Origin: a virus
Virus record (IMG/VR): IMGVR_UViG_3300021376_002797
Coordinates: 31,279 to 95,278 of that record
Direction: 5' to 3' (one strand)
DNA: 64,000 nt
Position numbers and translations under genes: made by a program. The notes beneath the pieces were generated by a model that was not told where the DNA came from, ran no database searches, and saw nothing but the letters and a program-made list of their open reading frames with translations. Positions 50,180 through 60,205 of this stretch are shown here, piece by piece; the first letter of the stretch is position 1; every line of letters starts with the position of its first letter.

Positions 50180-50298
50180 TAATTTAATGGTTTATAAATT
50201 ACATTATATTCAAAACTTAAAAAACTAATCATTTTTTCTTCAATATAACCATTTTTATATAATTTTTAATATAAGTCAAAATAAGATATTTTATCCAT
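50179..50298 (-). pseudogene. degraded gene remnant
   Basis: MDKISYFDLY*KLYKNGYIEEKMISFLSFEYNVIYKPLN*; its stop overlaps the neuA ATG as in coupled genes. Confidence 0.4.
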
Positions 50299-50317
50299 AA
50301 TTGTTTTTTAACTTTTG

Positions 50318-50716
50318 TTATTTATTATTATTTTTAATTTTTAAAAATTCGTTATAATCAAAAATATAATCATTTATGTCATATTCTGTTGAGCAAACTA
50401 CAATGATTTCTGAATTAATATCCATAAATTCTTGACTGTCCCATATTAATTCTGGGATTAGTATGGCCTCACCTTGTGTTAACGTTATTTTTTCTTTTTT
50501 AGTTCCATCATCTAAAAAAACATCCACAATTCCTTTACTACAAATTAAAAATTGTTTTGTAGTAAAATGAGAATGGCAGCCTCTAATTAATCCGGTTGGA
50601 ACATCTTTAACTATGAAAAATCTTTTCGGTTCAAATTCTAATTCATTAAATTCGAATGGTAATAATAAACCTCTCTCATCTAAAAAATTTTTTAATTTTA
50701 TTTTTTTATTTTCCAT
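50318..50716 (-). CDS. FdtA/WxcM-like sugar 3,4-ketoisomerase (cupin)
   Basis: DERGLL, RGCHSH, EYDINDYIFDY. Confidence 0.85.
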   Translation of the reverse strand: MENKKIKLKNFLDERGLLLPFEFNELEFEPKRFFIVKDVPTGLIRGCHSHFTTKQFLICSKGIVDVFLDDGTKKEKITLTQGEAILIPELIWDSQEFMDINSEIIVVCSTEYDINDYIFDYNEFLKIKNNNK

Positions 50717-51635
50717 TTTTGTATTCGTTTACTTTATCAAAAATATAATAAATTTCAGAATTAGTTAATAGTTCATGGAATGGAATTGAAACCGTTAATT
50801 TTGATTTTTCTTCTGAGTTAGGGCAATTTGCGTCATGTTTTAAATAAACTGGATGTAAATGCATTGATTCATAATGAATACCGCAAGAAATATCACTATT
50901 TTTCATAAAGTTAATAAATTTATCTCGTTTATTAACTTCTATCCTATATAAGTGGTTGCTGGTATTATCATACCCAAGTTCTTTATTGTATAATTCTCTA
51001 ATTGTTTTTAATTTTTCTAACTTATCAGAATATAAATTAAAATTTTTAAGTGCTATATCACATTGCATTGAATTCATATACATTTTATAACCGACAAAAT
51101 TAATTTTTCTTTCCCAGTTATTTGGTGAATATGACATACCATTTAAAGCTAATTCTTTTAATTTTTTAATTTTTTCAAAATCATCTGATACAATCATTCC
51201 GCCATCACAACTACCAACTGGTTTGGTTGGGTAAAAACTAAAAATCATTAAATCATTTGAATTACATTCTTTTTTAAATTGGTCTTTTTCTAGTTTTTGA
51301 GCTGAGTCGATAACTTTATAATCACCAAAATCATGTAACAAATAAGAATCACCAACCCAATTAACATCGTCATAAAATTCATAATCATTTCCAGAGGTTA
51401 TAATAGCATTTAAAACAACTGGTGGTATCATACTAGGTACTTTAATTGAAAGTCCTTTATACTCCGTTAATAATAAGAAAATAGCACTAGTTGCACTATT
51501 AAACGTTGCAGCGTATTTAGCACCAACATAATTAGCAATAGTTTCTTCAAATTCGTTTACAATTTTATCATGTAATAAATTTGAATACTTACTAGTATCT
51601 ATAATATGATTATTTAAATTAAATAAGTTAATCAT
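50706..51635 (-). CDS. DegT/DnrJ sugar aminotransferase (FdtB-like)
   Basis: NSATSA, DSAQ, SFYPTKPVGSCDGG, GIHY. Confidence 0.88.
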   Translation of the reverse strand: MINLFNLNNHIIDTSKYSNLLHDKIVNEFEETIANYVGAKYAATFNSATSAIFLLLTEYKGLSIKVPSMIPPVVLNAIITSGNDYEFYDDVNWVGDSYLLHDFGDYKVIDSAQKLEKDQFKKECNSNDLMIFSFYPTKPVGSCDGGMIVSDDFEKIKKLKELALNGMSYSPNNWERKINFVGYKMYMNSMQCDIALKNFNLYSDKLEKLKTIRELYNKELGYDNTSNHLYRIEVNKRDKFINFMKNSDISCGIHYESMHLHPVYLKHDANCPNSEEKSKLTVSIPFHELLTNSEIYYIFDKVNEYKNGK

Positions 51636-51636
51636 A

Positions 51637-52332
51637 TTATATTATAATAAATTCTAAACTTGTTATTAAACTGTTAGGTGTCCCATTGTATAAGTCGATA
51701 CCACCATTTTTAAATAAATTTCTATAAGAAGCATATGTGTTATCTAAATTTGCTAGGTTTTGTCTTTCCATCTGTTCACCTTGTTCTTTGTTATAAACAT
51801 TAAACCATTCGTTATAACCCATTCTAACTAAAACACTTTCTGATTCTTCATAAAAATGTTTTGATTGATTAACATGGTTAACCCAACTATGGTCAATACC
51901 CATAATAATAACTTCATTTATATTTTCTTCTTTAGCGACAAGATAACCAATTTGTAACCCTATTTGTGAAACACTTATATACGAATCAACGTTATTTGGT
52001 AATGTTTCTGGGAAATGACCATTTTCAGACCAAAAAATAACTTCATTATTTTTAAACAGTCCGTTATCTTCAACCAAAGGTTTTTGGTCTATATGAACCA
52101 TTATTTTTGTTGAACTATTTAATTTTTCTTCGCATTCTTTAAACCAAGCTACTCCCATATCATAACTAATAGGATGATGTAAATTTCCAAAAATATGATA
52201 TTTAATATTCATATTCTGAAATTCTGGATGAACAAAAAAATTACTAATTGTAACACAAGGACTATCTTTTATTTTTTTTAAATCTTGGTCCTTAATAGAT
52301 GGGCCGCAAGCAAATACATAGCAAGTTTTCAT
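51637..52332 (-). CDS. DUF115/Maf-like nonulosonate-transferase-fold protein
   Basis: CYVFACGPSI, IIMGIDH, HFY motifs. Confidence 0.6.
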   Translation of the reverse strand: MKTCYVFACGPSIKDQDLKKIKDSPCVTISNFFVHPEFQNMNIKYHIFGNLHHPISYDMGVAWFKECEEKLNSSTKIMVHIDQKPLVEDNGLFKNNEVIFWSENGHFPETLPNNVDSYISVSQIGLQIGYLVAKEENINEVIIMGIDHSWVNHVNQSKHFYEESESVLVRMGYNEWFNVYNKEQGEQMERQNLANLDNTYASYRNLFKNGGIDLYNGTPNSLITSLEFIII

Positions 52333-53198
52333 ATATAATATTTTTTATAAGTTTCTATTGTTTCGTTAAAGTAATCATCATATAATGATTTAATTTGTTG
52401 GTATTTCATAAATTCTTGATTATTAGGTTCATTAGTTGCCTCATAATTGTTTTTATCAAAATTTGGTTTGAATTTCATAAAATGAACAAATATTAATTTT
52501 TGTGGTTTACCGTTATAGATAATTTCTTTATTTTCATCAGTAAAATTAGAATAATCATATAAATGAAAATTAAATGGTGCACCGTGACCTAATTTTTTGT
52601 CAATTACACATAATTCTTTTTCATACTTAGGTAAAAATAATTCTAAATATTTTTGGTCGCCACATCTACCATGACTTCTGTGATATTCATGATTTTTAGT
52701 TTTATTAAGTGACCACCAATAATTAATTGATTCATTACCTATATTATCATTTTTAAAATAAACAATCCCAACATTGAAATCACCAACTCTGCTACCATAA
52801 AAAGTATGTCTATGTCTTATTAAACCAATTGATTTATCACCTATTTCATCATATATTGTATCTAAATCATTGTAAAAATATAAATCAGAATCACAGTATA
52901 AAACAGAATCTAAATTGTTTAATAATTTCATTGTAAAGTATGATGCTAAACTCCAACAAAATTCATCATATTTTAACTCATTTTTAGTGTTTAACAATTC
53001 ATTATCGGTTGTTAAATAATTGTTTAAATTATAAATTACTAAATTTTCTAAATTTAAATTTTTTAATTTTTGATAAGCTAAATCATCTAAACAAAGATAA
53101 TGTAAAGTAAAATCACCAGCATTCTTAATTAGTGATTCATATAAAACTAAACCTTTTAATAGATAGTTGTTATCTGAAAGTGTGCATAAATGTCTCAT
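52329..53198 (-). CDS. GT-A glycosyltransferase (paralog of 53973..54857)
   Basis: YCDSDLYF, FNVGIVYF, GDQKYLE. Confidence 0.75.
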   Translation of the reverse strand: MRHLCTLSDNNYLLKGLVLYESLIKNAGDFTLHYLCLDDLAYQKLKNLNLENLVIYNLNNYLTTDNELLNTKNELKYDEFCWSLASYFTMKLLNNLDSVLYCDSDLYFYNDLDTIYDEIGDKSIGLIRHRHTFYGSRVGDFNVGIVYFKNDNIGNESINYWWSLNKTKNHEYHRSHGRCGDQKYLELFLPKYEKELCVIDKKLGHGAPFNFHLYDYSNFTDENKEIIYNGKPQKLIFVHFMKFKPNFDKNNYEATNEPNNQEFMKYQQIKSLYDDYFNETIETYKKYYI

Positions 53199-54001
53199 AA
53201 TTTTTTAAAAATATATCCTTTGTATGCTGACGTATTAATTCTTGGAGCAAAACCTCTACCACCTAAAGCGTCAAAACTTTTTAAATGCTCATATCCATTA
53301 TCGACAACATAATTTATAAATTTATATTCACCAAAAAACCAGCATGGGTATATTGCTTTATAAATGTCTGGTGGTACTATTTGTATTGACAATCTATCTT
53401 TGTCACCGTCAATCATTGACATTCTATCTAATAGAATCCAATCAAACTTATAATCAAAAACAGATGTTAATATTTCTTCTGTGTTTTTAATGTACGGAAA
53501 AACACCCGAACTAATAAAACAATTTGGTTTAGTTTCGGCTAAACACTCATCAATAGTATAATAAAATTTAATATTATCATCCTCAAAAATTTCTTTACCA
53601 GTAGTAACAAAATTTCCTTGTTCGATAATGTTCCATCTAACTTTATAATCTTTTAAATATTTTTTTAATTGAAAAAAGGTTGTACCTAATGACCCACCAA
53701 AATCGATTAAATTAATTTCATTGTTTATCGCAGTTTTTTTAATCCATTCCAACAATTCAAAAGCATATTCTGGTTCACCAACTATGATGCAGCCATCCCT
53801 TTCGTAAATATCTTCTCTATCTTTGGTTGTTAATAATATATTCTTAACTTGTTCTAAAATGCATTCGTCTGAATAACCAGTACATTCTTTTTCAGCGTCA
53901 TCCCATGTAGGGTAATCACCACTCCACCAATAACCATGTTTATTGATTTGTTCGTTATAAAATTCACTCATGTTAAATTTTGTATTTATTTTTGGTTTCA
54001 A
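53195..54001 (-). CDS. SAM methyltransferase (TIGR04325-like)
   Basis: YERDG, IDFGGSLG, WNIIEQ, YPCWFF. Confidence 0.75.
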   Translation of the reverse strand: MKPKINTKFNMSEFYNEQINKHGYWWSGDYPTWDDAEKECTGYSDECILEQVKNILLTTKDREDIYERDGCIIVGEPEYAFELLEWIKKTAINNEINLIDFGGSLGTTFFQLKKYLKDYKVRWNIIEQGNFVTTGKEIFEDDNIKFYYTIDECLAETKPNCFISSGVFPYIKNTEEILTSVFDYKFDWILLDRMSMIDGDKDRLSIQIVPPDIYKAIYPCWFFGEYKFINYVVDNGYEHLKSFDALGGRGFAPRINTSAYKGYIFKKL

Positions 54002-54857
54002 TTAATTTATTAAAATAATCATTATAATATTCATATATCCTAGGATGTCTTAAATGTGAGTTATTCCATTCACCTTCTCTGTCTACTTTAAATGTGTTGT
54101 TTTCATAGTTTGGTGTAAAGTGAGAAAAATGTATAAATAACATTTTTTGTCTTTTACCACCCCAATCTATGTAATCACCATCATAACCATATAATGTAAA
54201 ATTCCATGGTGCACCATGACCTATTTCACTGTCAATAACGCAAACATTATCTTCACCGAATATAGGTCCAAACCCTTCCAAATAAACTTGGTCGCCAACT
54301 CTGCCATATTCAGCAAACCATTCGTTTGTTGGGTCCATCACACAATCTCTCCACCATTTTAAGCATTTATAACCTATTTCGTTATTTTTAAAATAAACAA
54401 CACCTACGTTATAACCACCGACATGATGTCCTATTGGTACATGTCTATGTAACATTATACCTATACTTTTATCGCCAATTGTTTTAATAATAGAATTAGG
54501 GTCATCATAAAAAATAATGTCTGAATCAACATATAAAACATCCGCTAAATTATATTTTTTAATAACATATTCAGTGAAAAACGAGCCAAGTGCAAAACAA
54601 TATGTACATTCATGTGAATTTGGTTTATAATCTGTATTCTTTTTTAAAGTTTCAAAATCTTCATCGTTTTCAAATTCTTTTATGCTTATTGGAATTACAT
54701 TTTTATTGTTAATTTCATTTAATTTATTTAAACTATCATCATCCATACAAAAATAATATATGTTTATATCGGTTGCTGAGAATTTAGTTAGTGAGTCAAT
54801 TAATAATAAACCATTTATTAAAAAGTTTTTGTCAGATAAAGTACATATGTTAATCAT
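53973..54857 (-). CDS. GT-A glycosyltransferase
   Basis: YVDSDIIF, YNVGVVYF, GDQVYLE, GAPWN. Confidence 0.75.
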   Translation of the reverse strand: MINICTLSDKNFLINGLLLIDSLTKFSATDINIYYFCMDDDSLNKLNEINNKNVIPISIKEFENDEDFETLKKNTDYKPNSHECTYCFALGSFFTEYVIKKYNLADVLYVDSDIIFYDDPNSIIKTIGDKSIGIMLHRHVPIGHHVGGYNVGVVYFKNNEIGYKCLKWWRDCVMDPTNEWFAEYGRVGDQVYLEGFGPIFGEDNVCVIDSEIGHGAPWNFTLYGYDGDYIDWGGKRQKMLFIHFSHFTPNYENNTFKVDREGEWNNSHLRHPRIYEYYNDYFNKLIETKNKYKI

Positions 54858-55659
54858 TATTATTTATTTTTTTATAGATTAAATCATCGGCTATTAAATA
54901 TTTTTTAGCTAATTCATAATTAGTTTTTATTACTTCTAATTTACTGAAATAATTATTTAAAGTCAATGTATTTTTCATTTTTTTTAAATCGTTTATATCG
55001 TCAAAAATAATAAATCCATCCAAATCAAAAAATTCACATATAGAAGGACAACCCCAGTATATTGGTATCGTACCAGTTATTAAACAATCTATTAATTTTT
55101 CAGTAAAATAATAATCTTTTTTAACATTTTCAATTATGACGCTATATCTGTAATCTTTTAAACCTTCTGATTTATTTTCAATTTGGTTATTGAATCCGTA
55201 CACATCTAAATTATCAATAACATCGCTAAATGCTATTTCATGTCTTAATCTATGGCCATATGTTGATTTTTTGGCTGATAAAATAATTGAAGTGTCTTTT
55301 GTCTTTTCGTGTATTATCCTATTTTCTTCTTCAATCCAACAACCACCAATTGGTACCAACACAAATTTTTCAGACAAGTTTAATAATTCTTTATCAAAAG
55401 TAAAAATTTTATCGAACTTTTCAAAATTGTCTTTTATGTATTCATATGCATGTGGTGTTATTGCTGGTGATTCTAATAACCATGCGAATTTTTTAACGCC
55501 ATTTATATTATCAACAAATTTTAATGTTGTGTCAGTCATAACAATATGGTCACCTATTTTATCCCTTACCCATTTAAATTCTGTAGGTTTATTATACCAA
55601 CTAGATGAATGAGCGTGAGAAAAAATATTATCTAAAATATATAATTCACTTTTTAACAT
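54850..55659 (-). CDS. GT10 alpha-1,3-fucosyltransferase-like
   Basis: YRYSVIIEN..DYYFTEKLIDC..GTIPIYWG. Confidence 0.85.
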   Translation of the reverse strand: MLKSELYILDNIFSHAHSSSWYNKPTEFKWVRDKIGDHIVMTDTTLKFVDNINGVKKFAWLLESPAITPHAYEYIKDNFEKFDKIFTFDKELLNLSEKFVLVPIGGCWIEEENRIIHEKTKDTSIILSAKKSTYGHRLRHEIAFSDVIDNLDVYGFNNQIENKSEGLKDYRYSVIIENVKKDYYFTEKLIDCLITGTIPIYWGCPSICEFFDLDGFIIFDDINDLKKMKNTLTLNNYFSKLEVIKTNYELAKKYLIADDLIYKKINNND

Positions 55660-56257
55660 ACAACGCATCTCCCCAAGTTCCACCATCCCAAGTCGTTTCA
55701 ACTCTTTCAAATCCGTATTGACCTAAAAACATATCTAAATCTTCTATTCTGGCACAACCTTTATATAGTTCAGCCCTATTAACTTCAGTCATTATGTAGT
55801 CAATATTTTTAAGATATTCAGATCCCCCTTTAAAAACCTCTAGTTCATAACCTTGTACATCAACATTGATAAAATTATAGTTTTCTTTATCTTTTATGAA
55901 ATTATCTAACTTTGTAATTTTAACTTTTTCTCTTCCATTAAATTGAATGTTGGGGTGTTGAATTAAATGGTATTCTGGTTCCAAGACCGAACTTGATTGT
56001 CCTTCATTTATTGTTTCAGTATACATCTCAACTTCACCTTCAATGTTTCCGAGAGCGGTATTAATAATAATTGCCGACTCGCCAACATTTTGTTTAAGCC
56101 TGTTAAATGTTTTTTGTACAGGTTCAAAAAACATAACATTTGATATTCCTAATTTTTGATAGGTACCAAATTCTTGACCAACATGTGCCCCGATGTGTAA
56201 AACACCTTTTATTTTAAGGCCATACTTTAACTTTAAATTTTCTAAATTTAACAACAT
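55646..56257 (-). CDS. FkbM-family methyltransferase
   Basis: HIGAHVG, FEP, DVQGYELEV, WGDALY. Confidence 0.88.
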   Translation of the reverse strand: MLLNLENLKLKYGLKIKGVLHIGAHVGQEFGTYQKLGISNVMFFEPVQKTFNRLKQNVGESAIIINTALGNIEGEVEMYTETINEGQSSSVLEPEYHLIQHPNIQFNGREKVKITKLDNFIKDKENYNFINVDVQGYELEVFKGGSEYLKNIDYIMTEVNRAELYKGCARIEDLDMFLGQYGFERVETTWDGGTWGDALYVKK

Positions 56258-56261
56258 AATT

Positions 56262-57071
56262 TTAAATTATTAATTTATTGTTTTCATATTTGACTTTTAT
56301 TTTTTTCCAATCATTCTCATATATTGAATGGTAGTCTTTTTCGCCTTTAGGTCCAAACCAAACTGACGGAACAAATACTTTTTTATCTTTATTTGTATTA
56401 AGATAAGAACCCCACCAAGAAAATGAAGAGTTACACATAATATTATGATTACATAAACTCATCGCCCAAAGTTCTTCATAATCTTCTAACCCATCAACAA
56501 CTATTGAGTTTTTATAGGTTAAGTTTTCCTTTACCCATTCTTTATCATTTGAAAAAATAAAAACGTTTGAATGTTCAAGTTGACTTATACATTCATCAAA
56601 ATAACTTTTGTCTAAAACCGGTAAAATTTCAGATATCCCTAAATAGTCGCCTCTTCTTACATGAATTGAAACTGAATTTTTATTGAATATTTCAGGGTAT
56701 AAATTTTTTATTTTGTTTTTAAATTCTTCGGTTGGTAAAAACATTTCTTGTATTTCTTTTTTAAAATTTAAAAAGTTTTCACTACTTTGAAAATAACCAT
56801 AAAATTCAGTTGGTTCTGTGTAAGTATATTCAGTTTCATAGTGAGCCCAAGTAATCTCATTAATTCTTTTTGTTGGTATTTTAATATAATCAAAATTTAT
56901 ATTTCTAAATATGTTATTTTGATATTTTGTTGGTTGATTACCTTCCATTGGAATAAAAGCAACATTATTAAAAATAACTGATGTATTACTTTTTAATCCT
57001 TCTGCCGTTGCTTTTGCAATTTGAAACATTTGGTTACCCAAACCACCCATTAAATGACTTGTTAAAAACAT
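56262..57071 (-). CDS. GT11 alpha-1,2-fucosyltransferase
   Basis: GGLGNQMFQ, GYFQS, HVRRGDY, NSSFSWW. Confidence 0.92.
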   Translation of the reverse strand: MFLTSHLMGGLGNQMFQIAKATAEGLKSNTSVIFNNVAFIPMEGNQPTKYQNNIFRNINFDYIKIPTKRINEITWAHYETEYTYTEPTEFYGYFQSSENFLNFKKEIQEMFLPTEEFKNKIKNLYPEIFNKNSVSIHVRRGDYLGISEILPVLDKSYFDECISQLEHSNVFIFSNDKEWVKENLTYKNSIVVDGLEDYEELWAMSLCNHNIMCNSSFSWWGSYLNTNKDKKVFVPSVWFGPKGEKDYHSIYENDWKKIKVKYENNKLII

Positions 57072-57115
57072 TTTTTTATGATAAAATAATTAAATTTGAA
57101 ATAAATGATTATTAA

Positions 57116-57430
57116 AATTTCACCTCATTTGAATTAGAAATTGTATGTAAAATACTTAAAGATAATACAATCTTTTTTTTAGATGGTCATTTCTCTGCTG
57201 GTAATACTGGTAGAGGAATAAAAGATTGTCCATTATATTAAGAATTAGAATCAATAAATAAATATTTTAAAAATACAGGAATAATTATTATTGATGATAT
57301 GAGATTAATGGGAAATATATATTCAGATATCGATCGTGATCATATATTAAAAATTTTACAAGATAGAATAATTTCATATACATATATGGAATCAGTTATT
57401 GTTGAAAATGATAGATTAATTTCTTTCTAA
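57116..57430 (+). pseudogene. methyltransferase fragment with in-frame stop
   Basis: [37 protein letters not shown]; TAA at 57239; no start; opposite strand to the cluster. Confidence 0.65.
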
Positions 57431-57434
57431 AATA

Positions 57435-58193
57435 TTAAAAATAAACATATAAATTATCTTTTCCAGTTTGTGGATATTCTTTTTCACATGTAACATTTTT
57501 ATTTTTAAATTTATATACTTCAACAGAATTCCAAAAATTCCAAATTAAAAATCCGTGAGATATAAATGGATCTACTACTTTTTCTGCATATAAATCTTGT
57601 AAATTCATAGAAAGTTCAGATAATGCATAATTACTTATTAAAAAACTATCTTTATTTAAATATATATTTTCATCATTTAAATTAATTGCATTTATTGAAA
57701 TATTATGTGCATCTAAATATTTTACTTGAAGTTTCATTGCTTCATCTAAATCAAACATTGAATAAGAATTAATAGTAATATTAAATAATGATGATAAATT
57801 ATATAAAAATAAACATAATCCACCATATCCTCCACCAATTTCAACAATGTCAATATTATTTAAATTGAGTTTTTTCATATATTCTAAAATTAATAAGGAT
57901 TGAAAAATATATCTTAAATTAGATGGTGAACAACAACAAAAATTTTCAAAATTTTCTTTAATTGTTTTACCATATTTATCATTTAAAATACATAAATCAA
58001 TAAAAAAATCCTTATTATTATTATAAATTAAATTAAATTTTTCTTGAATTAATGATAAATATTCTAACCCAATTGAAAATGAAACATGCTCTAAAATCAT
58101 TGTATATGATTTATCACTTTTAAAAAACCATTCATTTTTATCTAATAATAGATTTTCTAAAATACTTTTTTGATATAAATTCCAGGTAAACAT
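57435..58193 (-). CDS. putative sugar O-methyltransferase
   Basis: SPSNLRY, IVEIGGGYGG, LISNYALSE; extremely AT-rich. Confidence 0.75.
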   Translation of the reverse strand: MFTWNLYQKSILENLLLDKNEWFFKSDKSYTMILEHVSFSIGLEYLSLIQEKFNLIYNNNKDFFIDLCILNDKYGKTIKENFENFCCCSPSNLRYIFQSLLILEYMKKLNLNNIDIVEIGGGYGGLCLFLYNLSSLFNITINSYSMFDLDEAMKLQVKYLDAHNISINAINLNDENIYLNKDSFLISNYALSELSMNLQDLYAEKVVDPFISHGFLIWNFWNSVEVYKFKNKNVTCEKEYPQTGKDNLYVYF

Positions 58194-58199
58194 ATATTA

Positions 58200-58478
58200 T
58201 AATATATTTATGGCTATTATTTATTAAAATATTTTCCAATTTATTTCGCAATGGATAAAAATTAATTTTATCATTACATTTTTTAACACCTCCTAAAAAT
58301 ATATCCCAATTGTCATTTGATTCCAAATAAGATAACAACTTTTTTAGTCTATTTTCAAAATTACTCCTTCCAGTATAATTACATATTTCATATTTTTCCT
58401 TCGCCATCCTTACACATTTCTTAAAACTTAAAAAACATCCAATTCCTCCATTTTCATGCCTAATTGCTTCTACAAAAT
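58200..58478 (-). pseudogene. GT25-like glycosyltransferase fragment (frameshifted)
   Basis: FVEAIRHENGGIGCF then frameshift to ..KKCVRMAKEK..WDIFLGG. Confidence 0.5.
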
Positions 58479-59216
58479 TTAATTGAATAATCTTTGATAC
58501 TTTGGTCTATTTATTATAATTTGATATGTTCTAAACTGTTCGTGTGGTCCTCCAGCAGCACTACCTTGTTTGTGGTCATTTCTTGGGTTGTCCCCATTAT
58601 AAACCAATAATATTTTTGGTATAAATTCATAATGTTTTTCTCCTGCCATTTCTACCATAGGAAAAGTATATGCAACATCAGCGCCTGAAATAAAATAAGA
58701 CCCATCATCATATTTTAAAGAATCTTGATCTATATTTCTCCATAAATGTGTTTTCCAAGTCCTTAAATGTGAAAATTGGAATCGATCTGTTCTTATAGTG
58801 TCGGGATTTGCTTTTGCTGAAAACCCCAAATGTCCATTTATCCAAACCCAACTTCCATTAGTTAACCACAAATTTTTATTAGATTCATATTTATTATTTA
58901 TGTAATCTAATACGTTTTCATCGTAGAACCAATCATCACCATCGAGTTCAATAATTATATCTTCATCGTAAAACAATTCTTCGTTTCTAAAAAGCTCATC
59001 CATATTTCTAAGTTTAAACTTTTTTTCAGTGTTTTGAATTAGTACAAACCTATCATCACCATTAATTAAATTTTTAATTATTTCAACAGTGTTATCTGTT
59101 GATAAGTCATCAACCAAAAAAACTTTATAATTTGTGAATTTTTGATTTTTAATTGAAGTAATACATTTTTCTATATAATCCCCAACATTCCAAAAACATG
59201 TTACTATTTTAATCAT
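58479..59216 (-). CDS. GT2 glycosyltransferase
   Basis: VDDLSTDNT, LDGDDW, SHLRTWK. Confidence 0.85.
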   Translation of the reverse strand: MIKIVTCFWNVGDYIEKCITSIKNQKFTNYKVFLVDDLSTDNTVEIIKNLINGDDRFVLIQNTEKKFKLRNMDELFRNEELFYDEDIIIELDGDDWFYDENVLDYINNKYESNKNLWLTNGSWVWINGHLGFSAKANPDTIRTDRFQFSHLRTWKTHLWRNIDQDSLKYDDGSYFISGADVAYTFPMVEMAGEKHYEFIPKILLVYNGDNPRNDHKQGSAAGGPHEQFRTYQIIINRPKYQRLFN

Positions 59217-59412
59217 TTAAAATTTTTATATATTCTTCTTTTATTTTTTTTGCGACTTCATTTATATCTTCGGGTAAGTTATATTTTTCTTTATTCAAAA
59301 TATATCCATTTTCATCCACATTGTAAATCCATCCTGGTTTTTCACAAAGCCAACCTTCAATTGTTCTCCTACCTAAAAGTATTCCTGCCGTCTCAGAACA
59401 GTTTTTAACAAA
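59209..59412 (-). pseudogene. C-terminal fragment of a GT-B-like protein truncated at the junction
   Basis: TAGILLGRRTIEGWLCEKPG resembles a GT-B C-terminal E-motif; coupled to the GT2 start, with no N-terminal part. Confidence 0.5.
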
Positions 59413-59454
59413 CATCTTTTTCACAATACTCCGAAATTTCTCTTTTGTATTATG

Positions 59455-59475
59455 TAAGCGAAATCAAATCAAGAC
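59455..59475 (+). repeat. exact 21-bp direct repeat, copy 1 (copy 2 at 60476..60496)
   Basis: TAAGCGAAATCAAATCAAGAC. Confidence 0.9.
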
Positions 59476-60173
59476 CTCGGCTTTGCCGCGTTTGAAACAA
59501 TCAAATACGAGAGAAATACGCCAAAGAAATTCTTGGAAAAGAGGTCAAGTACGTTGTAGATAGTGTTTTTTAGTGTGTAAGGCAGCACGGCGACAATGCC
59601 GTACAGGGACCAAAACACCATGAAATACACATATATTTTCAGGCTGGTGTTATTTATAGTCATATTTGCATCATTTGCAACAAATCTCTCATATATGATG
59701 TAGAAATAAGCGATGAACGGCACGAAGCCGAGAGCAACGCCGGCGACCAGCGGAAGGACGCCCACCTCTCCCAAGTACCCGAACAATAGCATGAGCCAGT
59801 TTAGCGCGAGGATCTGTGTGACGGGCACCGCATTTTCTCTCAAAATTTGGATTAAAGAAGGCGAATCATTGCCTTTATCTGTGTTGTTCAGGTAAATGAT
59901 GTAGGCGATCATCGTTACAAGCATGGTGGGCGTGGTGATGGCCCAGTCGGCGTAGCGCTTGGGCGTGATGTTTTTCACGCGGTCAATGTTGTAGTAGAGC
60001 CACGCATAAAACGAGCCCTCCACGGCTTGCACCGCGACTTCCAAGCCAAGAAGCTGCTTGATGACCTTCATGCCAGGCACTGTTTTAACAAACAGCGCCA
60101 TTACTTCAATAATGCCGGTGACGAGTTGCACCACGATAGAGAACCAAAGGGACGAGTGTAACAGCGAATTCAT
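59469..60173 (-). CDS. type-1 microbial rhodopsin, NCLDV group I viral rhodopsin-like
   Basis: 7 TM; RYADWAITTPTMLVT (D-T-T at BR 85/89/96); TM2 LEVAVQAVE glutamates; GYLGE; LDLFSKN retinal Lys; much higher GC than flanks. Confidence 0.92.
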   Translation of the reverse strand: MNSLLHSSLWFSIVVQLVTGIIEVMALFVKTVPGMKVIKQLLGLEVAVQAVEGSFYAWLYYNIDRVKNITPKRYADWAITTPTMLVTMIAYIIYLNNTDKGNDSPSLIQILRENAVPVTQILALNWLMLLFGYLGEVGVLPLVAGVALGFVPFIAYFYIIYERFVANDANMTINNTSLKIYVYFMVFWSLYGIVAVLPYTLKNTIYNVLDLFSKNFFGVFLSYLIVSNAAKPRS

Positions 60174-60205
60174 TTATTTTATGAATATATAATTAAATAA
60201 AATAT

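Noticed and set aside
8309-57241. Stop-codon recoding suggested by single in-frame TAA codons at 8309, 50268-50266 and 57239 and the TGA in clpC
   Set aside because: TAA, TAG and TGA all end intact genes here, core genes are uninterrupted in code 11, and the affected ORFs are also truncated.
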